Below are positions 36,711 to 45,679 of a stretch of DNA of 64,000 nucleotides, piece by piece. Where the stretch lies: positions 64,001 to 128,000 of IMG/VR virus record IMGVR_UViG_3300049988_000286; one strand, 5' to 3'. A model generated the notes under the pieces. The model ran no database searches and had not been told where the DNA came from. It saw only the letters and a list, made by a program, of their open reading frames with translations. The DNA comes from a virus. Its lineage: Duplodnaviria > Caudoviricetes. The first letter of the stretch is position 1; every line of letters begins with the position of its first letter. The translations under genes were made by a program, and so were the position numbers.

Positions 36711-38231
36711 ATGTCGATGGTGTCATATCAGGGGTTCGCGATGTACTACGGTATCAAAATCGATTCAACGATCTACGTCACCGCCGCGACCGATCTGGCG
36801 GTCTTCCAAGAGATCGAGATCGATATCACCGATGGTGTGATCCGGGCCGAGCCCTGCGACATGGTGGAGATGTTCACGGAGCCGCTCCTCAAGGACTTCA
36901 CCCTCGCGCCCTTCGTCATCGAGTGCGCCACCGGCACGGTGGCTGATGCGGTCGCGTCGTCGAAAATGATCGCGATTCAATCACCGAGCGAAGCCCGCAA
37001 TACGCAGGACCACATGATGGAACTCGCGCGCCTCAAGGCCGAGTTCGATCAGCCCAAGGATCGCCGCACGCTCGCCGAAATCCATGGCTTCGACGACAAC
37101 GCGGACTGGGACAAACGCTCGGATGCCGAGAAGGAGGCGAGCCGCAAGCAGGACGAGAAGATGCGCGAGGTTCGTGCGGCGGGCGGTCTCACCAGCGGCA
37201 GCTTCGAGAGCACCGATACCGAGAACCTGAAAATCCACGGTGTCTCCACGGTTATCGATGCCGACAAGAACATCGTCTCGGCGTCGGTGAATGCGAGCAA
37301 GAACACCATGTCGCTCTATCGCCTGACCGTCGAGGGCGATGCCGTCGATTTCAACGCGATCTTCGACGACATCGGTCTGCCCGAGAATCGCGTCAAGGAA
37401 CAGGAAGCCAACCACGCGGTGATCAAGCTGCATGATCACCAGATCGAGCGGCTGACCGAGACGCTGGAACGCTTCCGGATGGTCTTCACGATTAACAAGG
37501 TCGGGGAAGGCGAGGAGGAGAGCGACGAGGGTGATCTCATCACCGGTCACGAGAACGTCAATGTCTTCTGGTCGGTTCAGATCGATCACCAGACCGTCTC
37601 CAAGGTGTCGCCGATCCTTCTCGCGGCCGGGCTGGATCAGAACCTCGTGGTGCTGATGCGCAATGCGGGACCGGGCTGCTGGTACGCTTTTCTGCGCGAG
37701 AGCGATGCCAAGGACGCCGCCGGGGCGCTCAAGGACGCCGGGATCGCGTCCGAGATCATTGCCGTCAACCGGCGTGGACAATCGATTTTCTCCGGCACTG
37801 GTGCGGGTGCGCGGATCGTCGATCGCCACGTCGAGGATGTCGTGGAGCCGCGTCCGTGGAACGATCGCGCCCATGAGATCGACGCGATGACCGACGAGCA
37901 GAAGGCGGAGTTGATGAAGGGGGTGAAGACCTCGGAGTTCATCGTCACCGTCGAGAGCACGCCGCGCTACAAGGCGCTGGTGCGCGTCCAGCCGGAAAGC
38001 TATTTCCGCGCGCATGATGCCTTGTGGGAGGCTCCCCTCCATATCGACAAGATGGTGGCGGAGCATGTCCTCAAGCCGATCGAGGGGGCGATCAACGCCT
38101 ATTCGTGCTCGGCTTTCGACGCCCAGTTGCTCAAGGACAATCTGATGCGCTGGGGGTTCATCGACTCGCTGTTGCTCCGGATGCACTTCAACGACCTTGA
38201 GTCGGAGATGAAGGCGGAGTTGTACTCCTGA
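36711..38231 (+). CDS. large hypothetical protein
   Basis: Long ORF with strong codon bias. Confidence 0.75.
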   Translation: MSMVSYQGFAMYYGIKIDSTIYVTAATDLAVFQEIEIDITDGVIRAEPCDMVEMFTEPLLKDFTLAPFVIECATGTVADAVASSKMIAIQSPSEARNTQDHMMELARLKAEFDQPKDRRTLAEIHGFDDNADWDKRSDAEKEASRKQDEKMREVRAAGGLTSGSFESTDTENLKIHGVSTVIDADKNIVSASVNASKNTMSLYRLTVEGDAVDFNAIFDDIGLPENRVKEQEANHAVIKLHDHQIERLTETLERFRMVFTINKVGEGEEESDEGDLITGHENVNVFWSVQIDHQTVSKVSPILLAAGLDQNLVVLMRNAGPGCWYAFLRESDAKDAAGALKDAGIASEIIAVNRRGQSIFSGTGAGARIVDRHVEDVVEPRPWNDRAHEIDAMTDEQKAELMKGVKTSEFIVTVESTPRYKALVRVQPESYFRAHDALWEAPLHIDKMVAEHVLKPIEGAINAYSCSAFDAQLLKDNLMRWGFIDSLLLRMHFNDLESEMKAELYS

Positions 38232-38237
38232 CTTTGT

Positions 38238-38314
38238 GCTCGTGTGGCTGAAATGGGAATGGCTACGGACACTAAATCCGTAAGATGTGGGTTCGATCCC
38301 CACGGCGAGCGCCA
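38238..38314 (+). tRNA. tRNA with anticodon CUA (amber suppressor-type)
   Basis: GCTCGTG/GGCGAGC acceptor (one mismatch), ACGGA-CACTAAA-TCCGT, GTGGG-TTCGATC-CCCAC, G73, CCA. Confidence 0.8.
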
Positions 38315-38506
38315 ATGAATCAAGCAGAGAGCATAGCAGAGGTGAGAGGCGGTTGGATGATCTACTTCCGACTGCCGATCACCACTACCGAACCATTGAA
38401 CGACTGGCTGGCCGAGAACATCAAGGACGCCTTCGATGTCCGCTACGGCGCTGTCATGTTCAAGTCCAAGGAAGACGCGTCGCTGTGCTACCTGCGATGG
38501 AGGTGA
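38315..38506 (+). CDS. DAxLF family member
   Basis: WLAENI...FKSKEDASLCYLRW. Confidence 0.7.
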   Translation: MNQAESIAEVRGGWMIYFRLPITTTEPLNDWLAENIKDAFDVRYGAVMFKSKEDASLCYLRWR

Positions 38507-38703
38507 GGGCCGATCGCGTTGTAGATTTGAGACCAGCACATGAGGGCTGGTTCGTCTTCTTCTCCGGCCCCTTTTACGAGCAGCGGAATCAGATCATTGG
38601 ATGGTTGTGGGCCAACATCGAGGGGAAGTTTTCAGGCCGCATCCTCGGAGTTTGGTTCGAGAATGAGGACGAGGCGCGTCTTTGCTTTCTACGGTGGGCG
38701 TGA
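38503..38703 (+). CDS. DAxLF family member
   Basis: WLWANIEG...FENEDEARLCFLRW. Confidence 0.7.
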   Translation: MRADRVVDLRPAHEGWFVFFSGPFYEQRNQIIGWLWANIEGKFSGRILGVWFENEDEARLCFLRWA

Positions 38704-38948
38704 TATCGCGGAACCCACGGAGCAGATGCCGCTCCCCGGTATTCCAGACAATGACCAAGACGCGTGCTACCTCGGTGCACCCCGAGCACGGTAAGTGGGT
38801 GGTGGAATTCGATCGGTGGATGTGGGACGACGATCCCATTCATACATGGTGTCGCACCGGCAGTGTTTATGCGGTCAAGACAATGAGCCGCGCTGTTGTA
38901 TTCGATGATGAGGAGGACGCCCGGATATGCTTTCTCCGATGGGTGTAA
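38700..38948 (+). CDS. DAxLF family member
   Basis: FDDEEDARICFLRW. Confidence 0.7.
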   Translation: MISRNPRSRCRSPVFQTMTKTRATSVHPEHGKWVVEFDRWMWDDDPIHTWCRTGSVYAVKTMSRAVVFDDEEDARICFLRWV

Positions 38949-39148
38949 GGCGCGCCACCTCGATGCTTGAACTCGACGGCTTCTGGCGCGTCTACTTTCC
39001 CTCCTACGCGCTGGGGGGTGGTGAGGCGCGATCAATCACCTTCCGGTGGTGCCGAGATCATGCCCATGGGAAGTTCGTGGTCAAACGCTCGCACATCAGG
39101 TTCACTGTAGAGGAAGATGCGCTACTGTGCTGGCTGGCCTTTCGCTAA
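38939..39148 (+). CDS. DAxLF family member
   Basis: WCRDHA.G...FTVEEDALLCWLAF. Confidence 0.7.
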   Translation: MGVRRATSMLELDGFWRVYFPSYALGGGEARSITFRWCRDHAHGKFVVKRSHIRFTVEEDALLCWLAFR

Positions 39149-39330
39149 ACCGCGCCAAGCACCGCCGTGGGCGCGCTGTCGAGTTTGAAAAAGCGTTCAC
39201 CGTTCACGAACGACGCTTCGTTCAGGATTGGCTCGAAAACAATTCACAGGGGCGGGGCAACGTCCTCACCCGGCGCGTGCTGCTCGATGATGAGAACGAC
39301 GCCGTGGCATTCTTTATCGCGGCGGCGTGA
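39127..39330 (+). CDS. DAxLF family member (start uncertain)
   Basis: WLENNS.G...LDDENDAVAFFIA. Confidence 0.6.
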   Translation: MLAGLSLNRAKHRRGRAVEFEKAFTVHERRFVQDWLENNSQGRGNVLTRRVLLDDENDAVAFFIAAA

Positions 39331-39729
39331 TCAGGCGGCGAGCGCTTCCTCGATCCGAGGGAAGAGCGCCATGTATTCGGTGCAGAACCGCGACCACTCC
39401 GGGGTCATGTCCGACATGGCGAGATGGAGGTTGCGATCGTGGATGAGCCAGCGAATCACCAACACGGGAACAAGCCGTTCGTCCAGCCGCTCTAAAATCT
39501 CGCGGGTGGGTGCCTGAAGGCCTCGGCACAGACGCTCCGATAGCTGGGGCTGTAACTGCCGCGCGTCCTCGGCGGAGATGCTGGTGGGGTATTCCTCAAG
39601 GAGGAATTGCAGCAGGTTGTTGAAGGTAGTCGTCACTGCGGCACGCAGATTGATCGAGGTGCCCAGCGCACCGGCATCGATGCGCGAAAGCGTATCGACC
39701 TTCGACAGAAGGATTTCGGTCCGGTCCAT
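39331..39729 (-). CDS. hypothetical protein
   Basis: MDRTEILL ORF converging on the family cluster. Confidence 0.6.
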   Translation of the reverse strand: MDRTEILLSKVDTLSRIDAGALGTSINLRAAVTTTFNNLLQFLLEEYPTSISAEDARQLQPQLSERLCRGLQAPTREILERLDERLVPVLVIRWLIHDRNLHLAMSDMTPEWSRFCTEYMALFPRIEEALAA

Positions 39730-39824
39730 GGCAGCGGCCCCCGTAGCGTTTCGTTTCACTAGCATAAGCCGCCATAACCGACAAGCACCGAAACGGTTGC
39801 ATCGTGTGTGGACATAAATAGCAG

Positions 39825-40492
39825 GATTTAATTTTGACACGAATCGATTCGGGATTCTACAACAGGACTCATAATACTCATGGCGTTATCGGGAGTCGCC
39901 ACCCCAACAACCCCAATGGACTTTGTAGGTGGCAGAGATGTCGCCGTGTTCCGGGCAGGGAAGCGGAGAGTAGCCGACCGGGAAGTGTTGCCGGGTAACA
40001 AGAGACACTAGAAAGAGGAGAGCCATGTCTTACTGACAACTCTCCGTGTTTGTCCAGTCAAGAACCATGCGGCTGGCAAACAAGCTTCTCCACACGAGAT
40101 AACCGTCGAGACCCGAAAGGGTCTGGGAAGGGCAGTAATGCAGGGTCACGGGCGACCACCTGCTAGGCTATAGACGCCGAAGCTGCTAGCGTGGCCATCA
40201 GAGACTCATAGGAATGATGTGCCTTCCCCCCGCTGGGTAGTTTGTCAGATCGATGATCTGTGCGCGTATTTCGCGAGCAAGCTAGTCAGCGGGGGGATAA
40301 AGTTCATCTCGATCTATAGGAATGATATTCATTTCTGTAAGCCATTATTAGCGAATTATCCCCGATAACGAGTGAGCCCGCGAACGAGTGAAGGGGTAAT
40401 TCAGGAGAGTGCCGTGGCACTCTCCTCCCAGTCAAGGTCTACAACACCTTGCAGGAACTACGGCAGACTAGACGGCGGATCGTTAATCCGAC
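39825..40492. ncRNA. candidate large structured non-coding RNA
   Basis: No credible ORF; several helices (AGACCC-GAAA-GGGTCT; CCCCCCGCTG...CAGCGGGGGG; GGAGAGTGCC/GGCACTCTCC); TAAATA at 39815. Confidence 0.4.
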
Positions 40493-40514
40493 GCCATATT
40501 GATTTTGGAAGACA

Positions 40515-40904
40515 TCAGATCAGGTCTGCTGCCGTGACATGTATAGGGACGGCGGACGCGATAGAGCCTATAATTTCAAGGCTCGCCTTCCAAGACTTAT
40601 CGCTGTCGGCCCACTCGGCGTGGACCTGTGTCTCACGCTTTCCTAACGCCCGAAAGACCACAGGCTCCTCGATACCGGGCATGTCGGGGATCGGCGAAAG
40701 GATGCGGGCGAGAGGGAGAGCAAAGGTGATATAATCGTCACCGTTGTCTTCGATATTCTCGGCATAATAATCGCTGACTTCTTCTATAGCCCAATAACTG
40801 GTCGGGTTAATGCCATCCCGAAGAATTGCTTCGAGGTTCTGTTTCGGGGTGACATGGTAAAGCACTTGTGACGCGCTCTCCACGAGTTTGATCCAATTTC
40901 GCAT
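40515..40904 (-). CDS. ART/Tpt1-like domain protein with MRxxIxLxE leader
   Basis: MRNWIKLVE; LYHVT...NL..IL..GI...Y...A; TAAATA-N5-ATG. Confidence 0.6.
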   Translation of the reverse strand: MRNWIKLVESASQVLYHVTPKQNLEAILRDGINPTSYWAIEEVSDYYAENIEDNGDDYITFALPLARILSPIPDMPGIEEPVVFRALGKRETQVHAEWADSDKSWKASLEIIGSIASAVPIHVTAADLI

Positions 40905-40967
40905 CCCCCTATTTAGGGGCGCGCCCCGCCAAACGGTGGGAGATCGAACGAACGCTTGCCGCGACTG

Positions 40968-41813
40968 TCATAGGAGGTGGTAGACCCGATAACCCCACGA
41001 CATCCCCAGCGTGAACATCGTCATATCCTCCCGAGACAGGAGAACCATGTTGCCCTCGATGTGGTATCTCTCCACTCCGAGTTCCTTGAGCAGCTTGGGG
41101 ATTTGATTCTTGAGTACCTGTGCGCCTCGTGCCGACGACGCGAACGCACCCGCGACTGGCGTTGGGATCACTTCAACTACCGCCCGGTAGGGATGGAGGT
41201 CATCGGACTTGATCCGGTTAGCCAATCCCCTGAACGCCGTCATGCGCCGACCCTTCATCTTCGACGGTCCGCTCAATTTCGCCATCAGATCGATGGTGGT
41301 GAGCCATTCCGGATGTGGGGTGATGGTCTCTACGACAGTGCCATCGAGATCGACCACGACGATCCGCACCACCGGCATCGGCCGCTTGGAATACTGGCGA
41401 AAATTGATGCGGATAATGTTCTGCTCCGCGCCAACGAGATTGGTGTGATGCAGCGCTCCATTGAAGTCACGCTCACTCCAGAAGCGCGTTGGTTGGGTCT
41501 CGTTAGTGCCCCACCAGAGCAATCCCTCCTCGTTCTCGACATAGTATTCGTGCGCAACCTCTCCGGCATCGAGCAGAGTGGCGTCGTGCAACTGCGAGGC
41601 ATCGACGAAGAGGTCCGCGTCCTTGAAACGCTTGCGCCGGGCACGCAGCCTTCCTTCCTCACGCCCAATGATCTTGATGCCGATCGTCCCCGATCCACGG
41701 CGAGGATAAGGGAGATGAACTTCGGTCCCGGCTGGCACGACGTGCGTCCCGGATGTCACTGCTGAATTGAGGAGCCAAGTCGAACCCTTGGTGAAACGAC
41801 GAATATCAATCAT
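40968..41813 (-). CDS. hypothetical protein
   Basis: 281-aa ORF; ends with LLSREDMTMFTL (DAxLF-like). Confidence 0.7.
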   Translation of the reverse strand: MIDIRRFTKGSTWLLNSAVTSGTHVVPAGTEVHLPYPRRGSGTIGIKIIGREEGRLRARRKRFKDADLFVDASQLHDATLLDAGEVAHEYYVENEEGLLWWGTNETQPTRFWSERDFNGALHHTNLVGAEQNIIRINFRQYSKRPMPVVRIVVVDLDGTVVETITPHPEWLTTIDLMAKLSGPSKMKGRRMTAFRGLANRIKSDDLHPYRAVVEVIPTPVAGAFASSARGAQVLKNQIPKLLKELGVERYHIEGNMVLLSREDMTMFTLGMSWGYRVYHLL

Positions 41814-42072
41814 CAGCGATTTCCAGCTTTACGCGGCGGGCATGAGAGTAGGTGGTGGACAGTCGGAAGATCGCACGGTTGGCCTCAACCTCTTCCTTGG
41901 TCTCGCCGCGATAGATCACCATGTCCATCGAGGCGATTATGGCGACCCGGCACCATATGAGTTCTCGGGGGTGATCTGCGCACAGATTGTGAAAAATGTC
42001 GGCGGTATGGTGGCGATCTTCGTCCAGCATCTCTGTGGCGCGGCTAACCGCTACGGCATAATAATCATCCAT
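41806..42072 (-). CDS. hypothetical protein
   Basis: Overlapping ORF. Confidence 0.6.
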   Translation of the reverse strand: MDDYYAVAVSRATEMLDEDRHHTADIFHNLCADHPRELIWCRVAIIASMDMVIYRGETKEEVEANRAIFRLSTTYSHARRVKLEIADD

Positions 42073-42334
42073 AGGCGATACTGGCTTCGCTCACGGCGGT
42101 ATATTGGTTCGCGAGACGGAACATGGTGCGGAGGTATTCGTGTTCCTCGGTCGGGGAACCGTAGGCTACCAATGTTTTGTCACTGCTGGATGAGAGTTGA
42201 CAGATCAAGCATGCATGGGTGCGGTCAATCACGACTAGGTTGTCGAAGAGATCGAACGAGCAAACCTCCGACAGTAGTTGGGCGGGATGCTTGAACGATA
42301 ACCCGATGACGACGGTGGAGACAGGGTTAGTCAT
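42065..42334 (-). CDS. hypothetical protein
   Basis: GGAG RBS just after the tRNA. Confidence 0.6.
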   Translation of the reverse strand: MTNPVSTVVIGLSFKHPAQLLSEVCSFDLFDNLVVIDRTHACLICQLSSSSDKTLVAYGSPTEEHEYLRTMFRLANQYTAVSEASIAYG

Positions 42335-42350
42335 GTCGTCTCCAAAAGGG

Positions 42351-42425
42351 TGGTGGGAATACTCGGATTCGAACCGAGGACACACGGTTTTAGGGACCGC
42401 TGTTCTACCGCTGAACTATACTCCC
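42351..42425 (-). tRNA. tRNA with anticodon CUA (amber suppressor-type, Trp-like anticodon arm)
   Basis: GGGAGTA/TATTCCC, GTTC-AGCGGTA-GAAC, GCGGT-CCCTAAA-ACCGT, CTCGG-TTCGAAT-CCGAG, A73, CCA. Confidence 0.85.
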
Positions 42426-42434
42426 GATGTTGCC

Positions 42435-42515
42435 GAACTATCGCAAGAGATTCGGTTGGTCAAGAGATTTCTCGACATAGTTCGACTTGACCGAGAAAGC
42501 GATCTCGACTATCCT
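42435..42515. promoter_or_regulatory. divergent sigma70-like promoters
   Basis: Minus strand TTGACC-N17-TAGTTC (tRNA); plus strand TTGACC-N17-TATCCT (HD gene, 7 nt before ATG). Confidence 0.55.
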
Positions 42516-42522
42516 GACAAAC

Positions 42523-43005
42523 ATGGAAATCGAAACTCCCTCTTACTGGGTCGCGGTTGGCGCGCACGGTGCGCAGCCCTACGCTGATGGCACGCACGTC
42601 GATGTCCATCTGCGGGCAGTGGTGGAGATACTCGTCAGCTTCAACTTCTGCGCACAGTTCTGGATCGACGCTGGGTGGCTCCACGACACCGATGAGGATA
42701 CCGCCTTCAAGGTAGCGCAGACCCGTCTGCGTTTCGGCGACATGACGGCCGACCTCGTATGGGCGGTCACGGGCGTGGGCGACAATCGTCGCGAGCGCAA
42801 TGCATCCATCTACGAGAAGATCGCCGCCTTTCCGCGCGCCGCCATTCTCAAGACCGCCGACCGGATCGCCAACCTGCGGTCCTCGAAGGTCCACGCACCG
42901 TCGCTGTTCCGCATGTACCAGAAGGAGGCCTCGACCTTCGTCCCGGCGGTGCGCGATCACATCCCAGAGGAGATGCTTGCGGCCTTGATGGAAGCCCATC
43001 AGTGA
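42523..43005 (+). CDS. HD-domain hydrolase, RelA/SpoT (small alarmone hydrolase/Mesh1)-like
   Basis: AH..Q.Y..G.....H...V, AGWLHDT.EDT, V.AVT, K.ADRIAN. Confidence 0.85.
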   Translation: MEIETPSYWVAVGAHGAQPYADGTHVDVHLRAVVEILVSFNFCAQFWIDAGWLHDTDEDTAFKVAQTRLRFGDMTADLVWAVTGVGDNRRERNASIYEKIAAFPRAAILKTADRIANLRSSKVHAPSLFRMYQKEASTFVPAVRDHIPEEMLAALMEAHQ

Positions 43006-43259
43006 ATGTTCACTGGTTGGTAGTTGTCCGCCCCAAGCCATTCTTCGAATGGACTCGTGCTAGCGGTATTCCCGTCATCTACTACTATATGGGGATAGAA
43101 GGCAGGTGGGTGTATCGCTCTTCAGCCAATTATCTCAAAGACACCACGACCAACCGCATGTATTGGATGAGCCCAGCACGACTTAACGTGATCATCCGAG
43201 AGCGAGACGCAGAGATCGTTAGTCTCTATCTCGCGATGTCGGGATGGCCGCAGCCTTAG
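43002..43259 (+). CDS. hypothetical protein (RERDA variant of DAxLF)
   Basis: GTGA overlap; IRERDAEIVSLYL. Confidence 0.55.
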   Translation: MNVHWLVVVRPKPFFEWTRASGIPVIYYYMGIEGRWVYRSSANYLKDTTTNRMYWMSPARLNVIIRERDAEIVSLYLAMSGWPQP

Positions 43260-43393
43260 CGGAAGAAATACCAGTCTTCGGGCGACATCGAGAGATCGAC
43301 GGGGATTGACCACAGGGCACGCACACCCAGACCCAGCACCACTCCAGCCACCAAGGCGGCACTCCACAAACCTGTTTTCATACTTCCCTCCAT
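43256..43393 (-). CDS. small membrane protein
   Basis: Single TM segment. Confidence 0.45.
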   Translation of the reverse strand: MEGSMKTGLWSAALVAGVVLGLGVRALWSIPVDLSMSPEDWYFFR

Positions 43394-43454
43394 GGAGGTA
43401 TTTATGAGCAAAAACAGGCCTGTGGCAAGAATGCGATGAACCGTTTGGCGCAAA

Positions 43455-43715
43455 TTATAATCGAAGACCCAACGCAGCCATCCGCTGATCGATCTCCGCG
43501 ATGGCTTCCCGGCAGCGCTCGTTATTGGGCTCGAACGCCTCGTCCCAATCCTCGACCGGAAACTTGGAACATTCGGCCGCGACGATCTCGGCACGCAAGG
43601 TGGCGTTCTTGTCGAGTTCCTGCTGGGCGAACCGTCGCATATGGCGGAACGACGTTGCGTCATCGAAGCCCTCGGGCAAGGAGGCGACCCAATCGCGGGG
43701 ATGAAGGTAGGCCAT
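43455..43715 (-). CDS. hypothetical protein
   Basis: AAAGGA RBS. Confidence 0.6.
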   Translation of the reverse strand: MAYLHPRDWVASLPEGFDDATSFRHMRRFAQQELDKNATLRAEIVAAECSKFPVEDWDEAFEPNNERCREAIAEIDQRMAALGLRL

Positions 43716-43768
43716 AGTTCGATCCTTTCGCCCCTCCTTTACCGGGATCGAACTATGGCGTCAATCAA

Positions 43769-44305
43769 TTATGCGGCCTTTGACTTCGGACGCAACTCCG
43801 CGACGCCACCTTCGGTGATGGTCAGTGCCACGCCGCGAAAGCGCAACATTCCCCGCGTCGAGCCCTCTTCGAGTTCTCGGGTGGAAAAGCCCATCTGCGC
43901 ATCGATGTGCGGGCAATAATACGACTTGCCGTTCGCCTTGACGGTCCAGCGCGGCATGAAGGGAAAGGTATTACTCACCACGTTGTAGTGGACATCGACC
44001 GTCCGCGCCTCCACCGCGAGGGGGAAGAGCGCTGTCTGTTCGCGCATCTGGGCGTGCATGGCCCGGATACGGTCGCGCAAGACCTTGGCCTCCCCCAAGA
44101 GCGTCATGAGTTTGCGGGCGTCGGCGCGCTGGTAAGCCAATGCTTTCTGTTTGGTGGGGTCACCACTACGCTGCGCGGCCTTCACCTCCAACTTCCTACG
44201 GCGGATGTCGGCGCTGATATGCTGATAGACGGTCTTCCATGTCTTTCTCCAAGCCTTGTAGCCTTCGCGATCGGTGAACTGGGGTTTGAGAGCATAAACG
44301 GACAT
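43769..44305 (-). CDS. hypothetical protein
   Basis: N-terminus similar to the 44502-44759 protein. Confidence 0.7.
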   Translation of the reverse strand: MSVYALKPQFTDREGYKAWRKTWKTVYQHISADIRRRKLEVKAAQRSGDPTKQKALAYQRADARKLMTLLGEAKVLRDRIRAMHAQMREQTALFPLAVEARTVDVHYNVVSNTFPFMPRWTVKANGKSYYCPHIDAQMGFSTRELEEGSTRGMLRFRGVALTITEGGVAELRPKSKAA

Positions 44306-44505
44306 CAGATATTCCCTTGATAATGATCATTGATGAATTGGTAGACGAGCGTGTGACCGCAGTCACAGAGATCATCCGCTCGTCTTCCGAAATGAGTGCG
44401 GGGACGGTTGATCTCGCACGATACGGCGTGATCCATATTCGCAACAAAGCAGCGCGCGGCCTGAACACGATCTTTGCGCTCCTCCCGCGCTCGCTCCTCG
44501 GTCAT
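44305..44505 (-). CDS. hypothetical protein
   Basis: Start/stop overlaps on both sides. Confidence 0.55.
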   Translation of the reverse strand: MTEERAREERKDRVQAARCFVANMDHAVSCEINRPRTHFGRRADDLCDCGHTLVYQFINDHYQGNI

Positions 44506-44759
44506 GCCGCCACCTTGGCGTCACGCTCGGCCTCCCACTGATGCTGCGCCTCGACGCGAGCCTCGACGAGTTCCGCGAGCATGTGGCGCGCATCCCGGCG
44601 CAGATACTCGCGAGTCATCTGGAGGCGACCCTGCTCCGGCTGCGCGGCGGTTTTCATCTTTGCCTTGGTGTCGCGGATGGTCTGGCTCAACTCCTTGTAG
44701 GCGAGCTTCCAGTTGCGGCGGTAGGCGAGATAGGTGGTGCGGTCGTTGAAAGCGTTCAT
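44502..44759 (-). CDS. hypothetical protein
   Basis: GAGGA RBS. Confidence 0.7.
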   Translation of the reverse strand: MNAFNDRTTYLAYRRNWKLAYKELSQTIRDTKAKMKTAAQPEQGRLQMTREYLRRDARHMLAELVEARVEAQHQWEAERDAKVAA

Positions 44760-44892
44760 GATTGATTTCCTCGTAGTTGTTGATTGACGAAAGAGATGAT
44801 CAACGGATCATCGGTCAGGGACTTGATTTTCTCCAAAGCTTTTCGCCAGCTTTCTGCACGGTGCCAAAGCTCAAAGCCCGTGCGCTGCAACT

Positions 44893-45144
44893 GTGTTATC
44901 CGGTCATTGCTGCTCTCCATTATCGCCACCGAAGTTCAAACAAGGTGAAGTCGTGATCTCGCAGGTAAATCGCCTTGTCATTCTTACAGGCAAACTCCAC
45001 CCCGTTCGCCAAACACCATTCAAGGTATTCGGCGAAGCTGTGCTTCGACCATGGTTCTTTACGAGTCGCGATCTCGTGGAAGGTGCCCCAGAGATCGACG
45101 AGATAGCCTTTCGTCCGAAAGTGGACGGTCTAACGGCCGGGTAG
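44893..45144 (+). CDS. hypothetical protein (start uncertain)
   Basis: Fills the gap between other genes. Confidence 0.4.
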   Translation: MLSGHCCSPLSPPKFKQGEVVISQVNRLVILTGKLHPVRQTPFKVFGEAVLRPWFFTSRDLVEGAPEIDEIAFRPKVDGLTAG

Positions 45145-45152
45145 GATCAACT

Positions 45153-45569
45153 TCATAATTCGAGTCCTCCAAATCTGATCTTGAACAAGATGATATCCAT
45201 CTCCTGTTCCATCATGATCCCCTGTGAGTAAGAGCAGCCGCCCTCGCTCCAGTTGACGCGACGGAACTCACCGATGGCATTCTCGGCGAGCCATTCATCG
45301 ATGGCGAGATAGGCGGGATAGCCGCACATGATGCGGATGAGCGCCCAACCCGTGGGCGTCTGCATTTTCATCTTACGGAGACAGGGTTTGTCTTCGTAGA
45401 GTTTTTCGTCTTCGGCGAAGAAGGCATCGTGGCCTCCCTCGTTTGAGGTAAGCATGATGTTCTCCAAACGCGAAAAAGCCACCACGGCCCGATCGCTCGG
45501 AACCATGATGGCTTTATTGATATACGGAATAGTCGCCGAGATCGCGGGAGCGATCTGCGCAATCGACAC
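45153..45569 (-). CDS. DAxLF family member
   Basis: WLAENAIG...MEQEMDIILFKIRF. Confidence 0.65.
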   Translation of the reverse strand: MSIAQIAPAISATIPYINKAIMVPSDRAVVAFSRLENIMLTSNEGGHDAFFAEDEKLYEDKPCLRKMKMQTPTGWALIRIMCGYPAYLAIDEWLAENAIGEFRRVNWSEGGCSYSQGIMMEQEMDIILFKIRFGGLEL

Positions 45570-45679
45570 GTTGCCCGCCGTGCGGGTCAGGGTCTGGATC
45601 GAGGGGGCGAGCTACGTCATGGGTTGTTTATGAGGCCTTGTTCGGGTTTCGTCAATAGAAAAGTTCGCTGATGATGAAT

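Noticed and set aside
38238-38314. Pyrrolysine tRNA
   Set aside because: Has a normal D-loop with GG, 5-bp anticodon stem and canonical T-loop; no pyl genes seen.
40190-40215. Group I intron (TCAGAGACT resembles the R element)
   Set aside because: No S element (AAGAUAUAGUC) found and no interrupted gene on either side.
39825-40492. tmRNA or RNase P RNA
   Set aside because: No G3-U70 alanyl acceptor or tag frame ending in AA-stop, and no GAGGAAAGUCC / AGAACCCGGCUUA P4 signatures.
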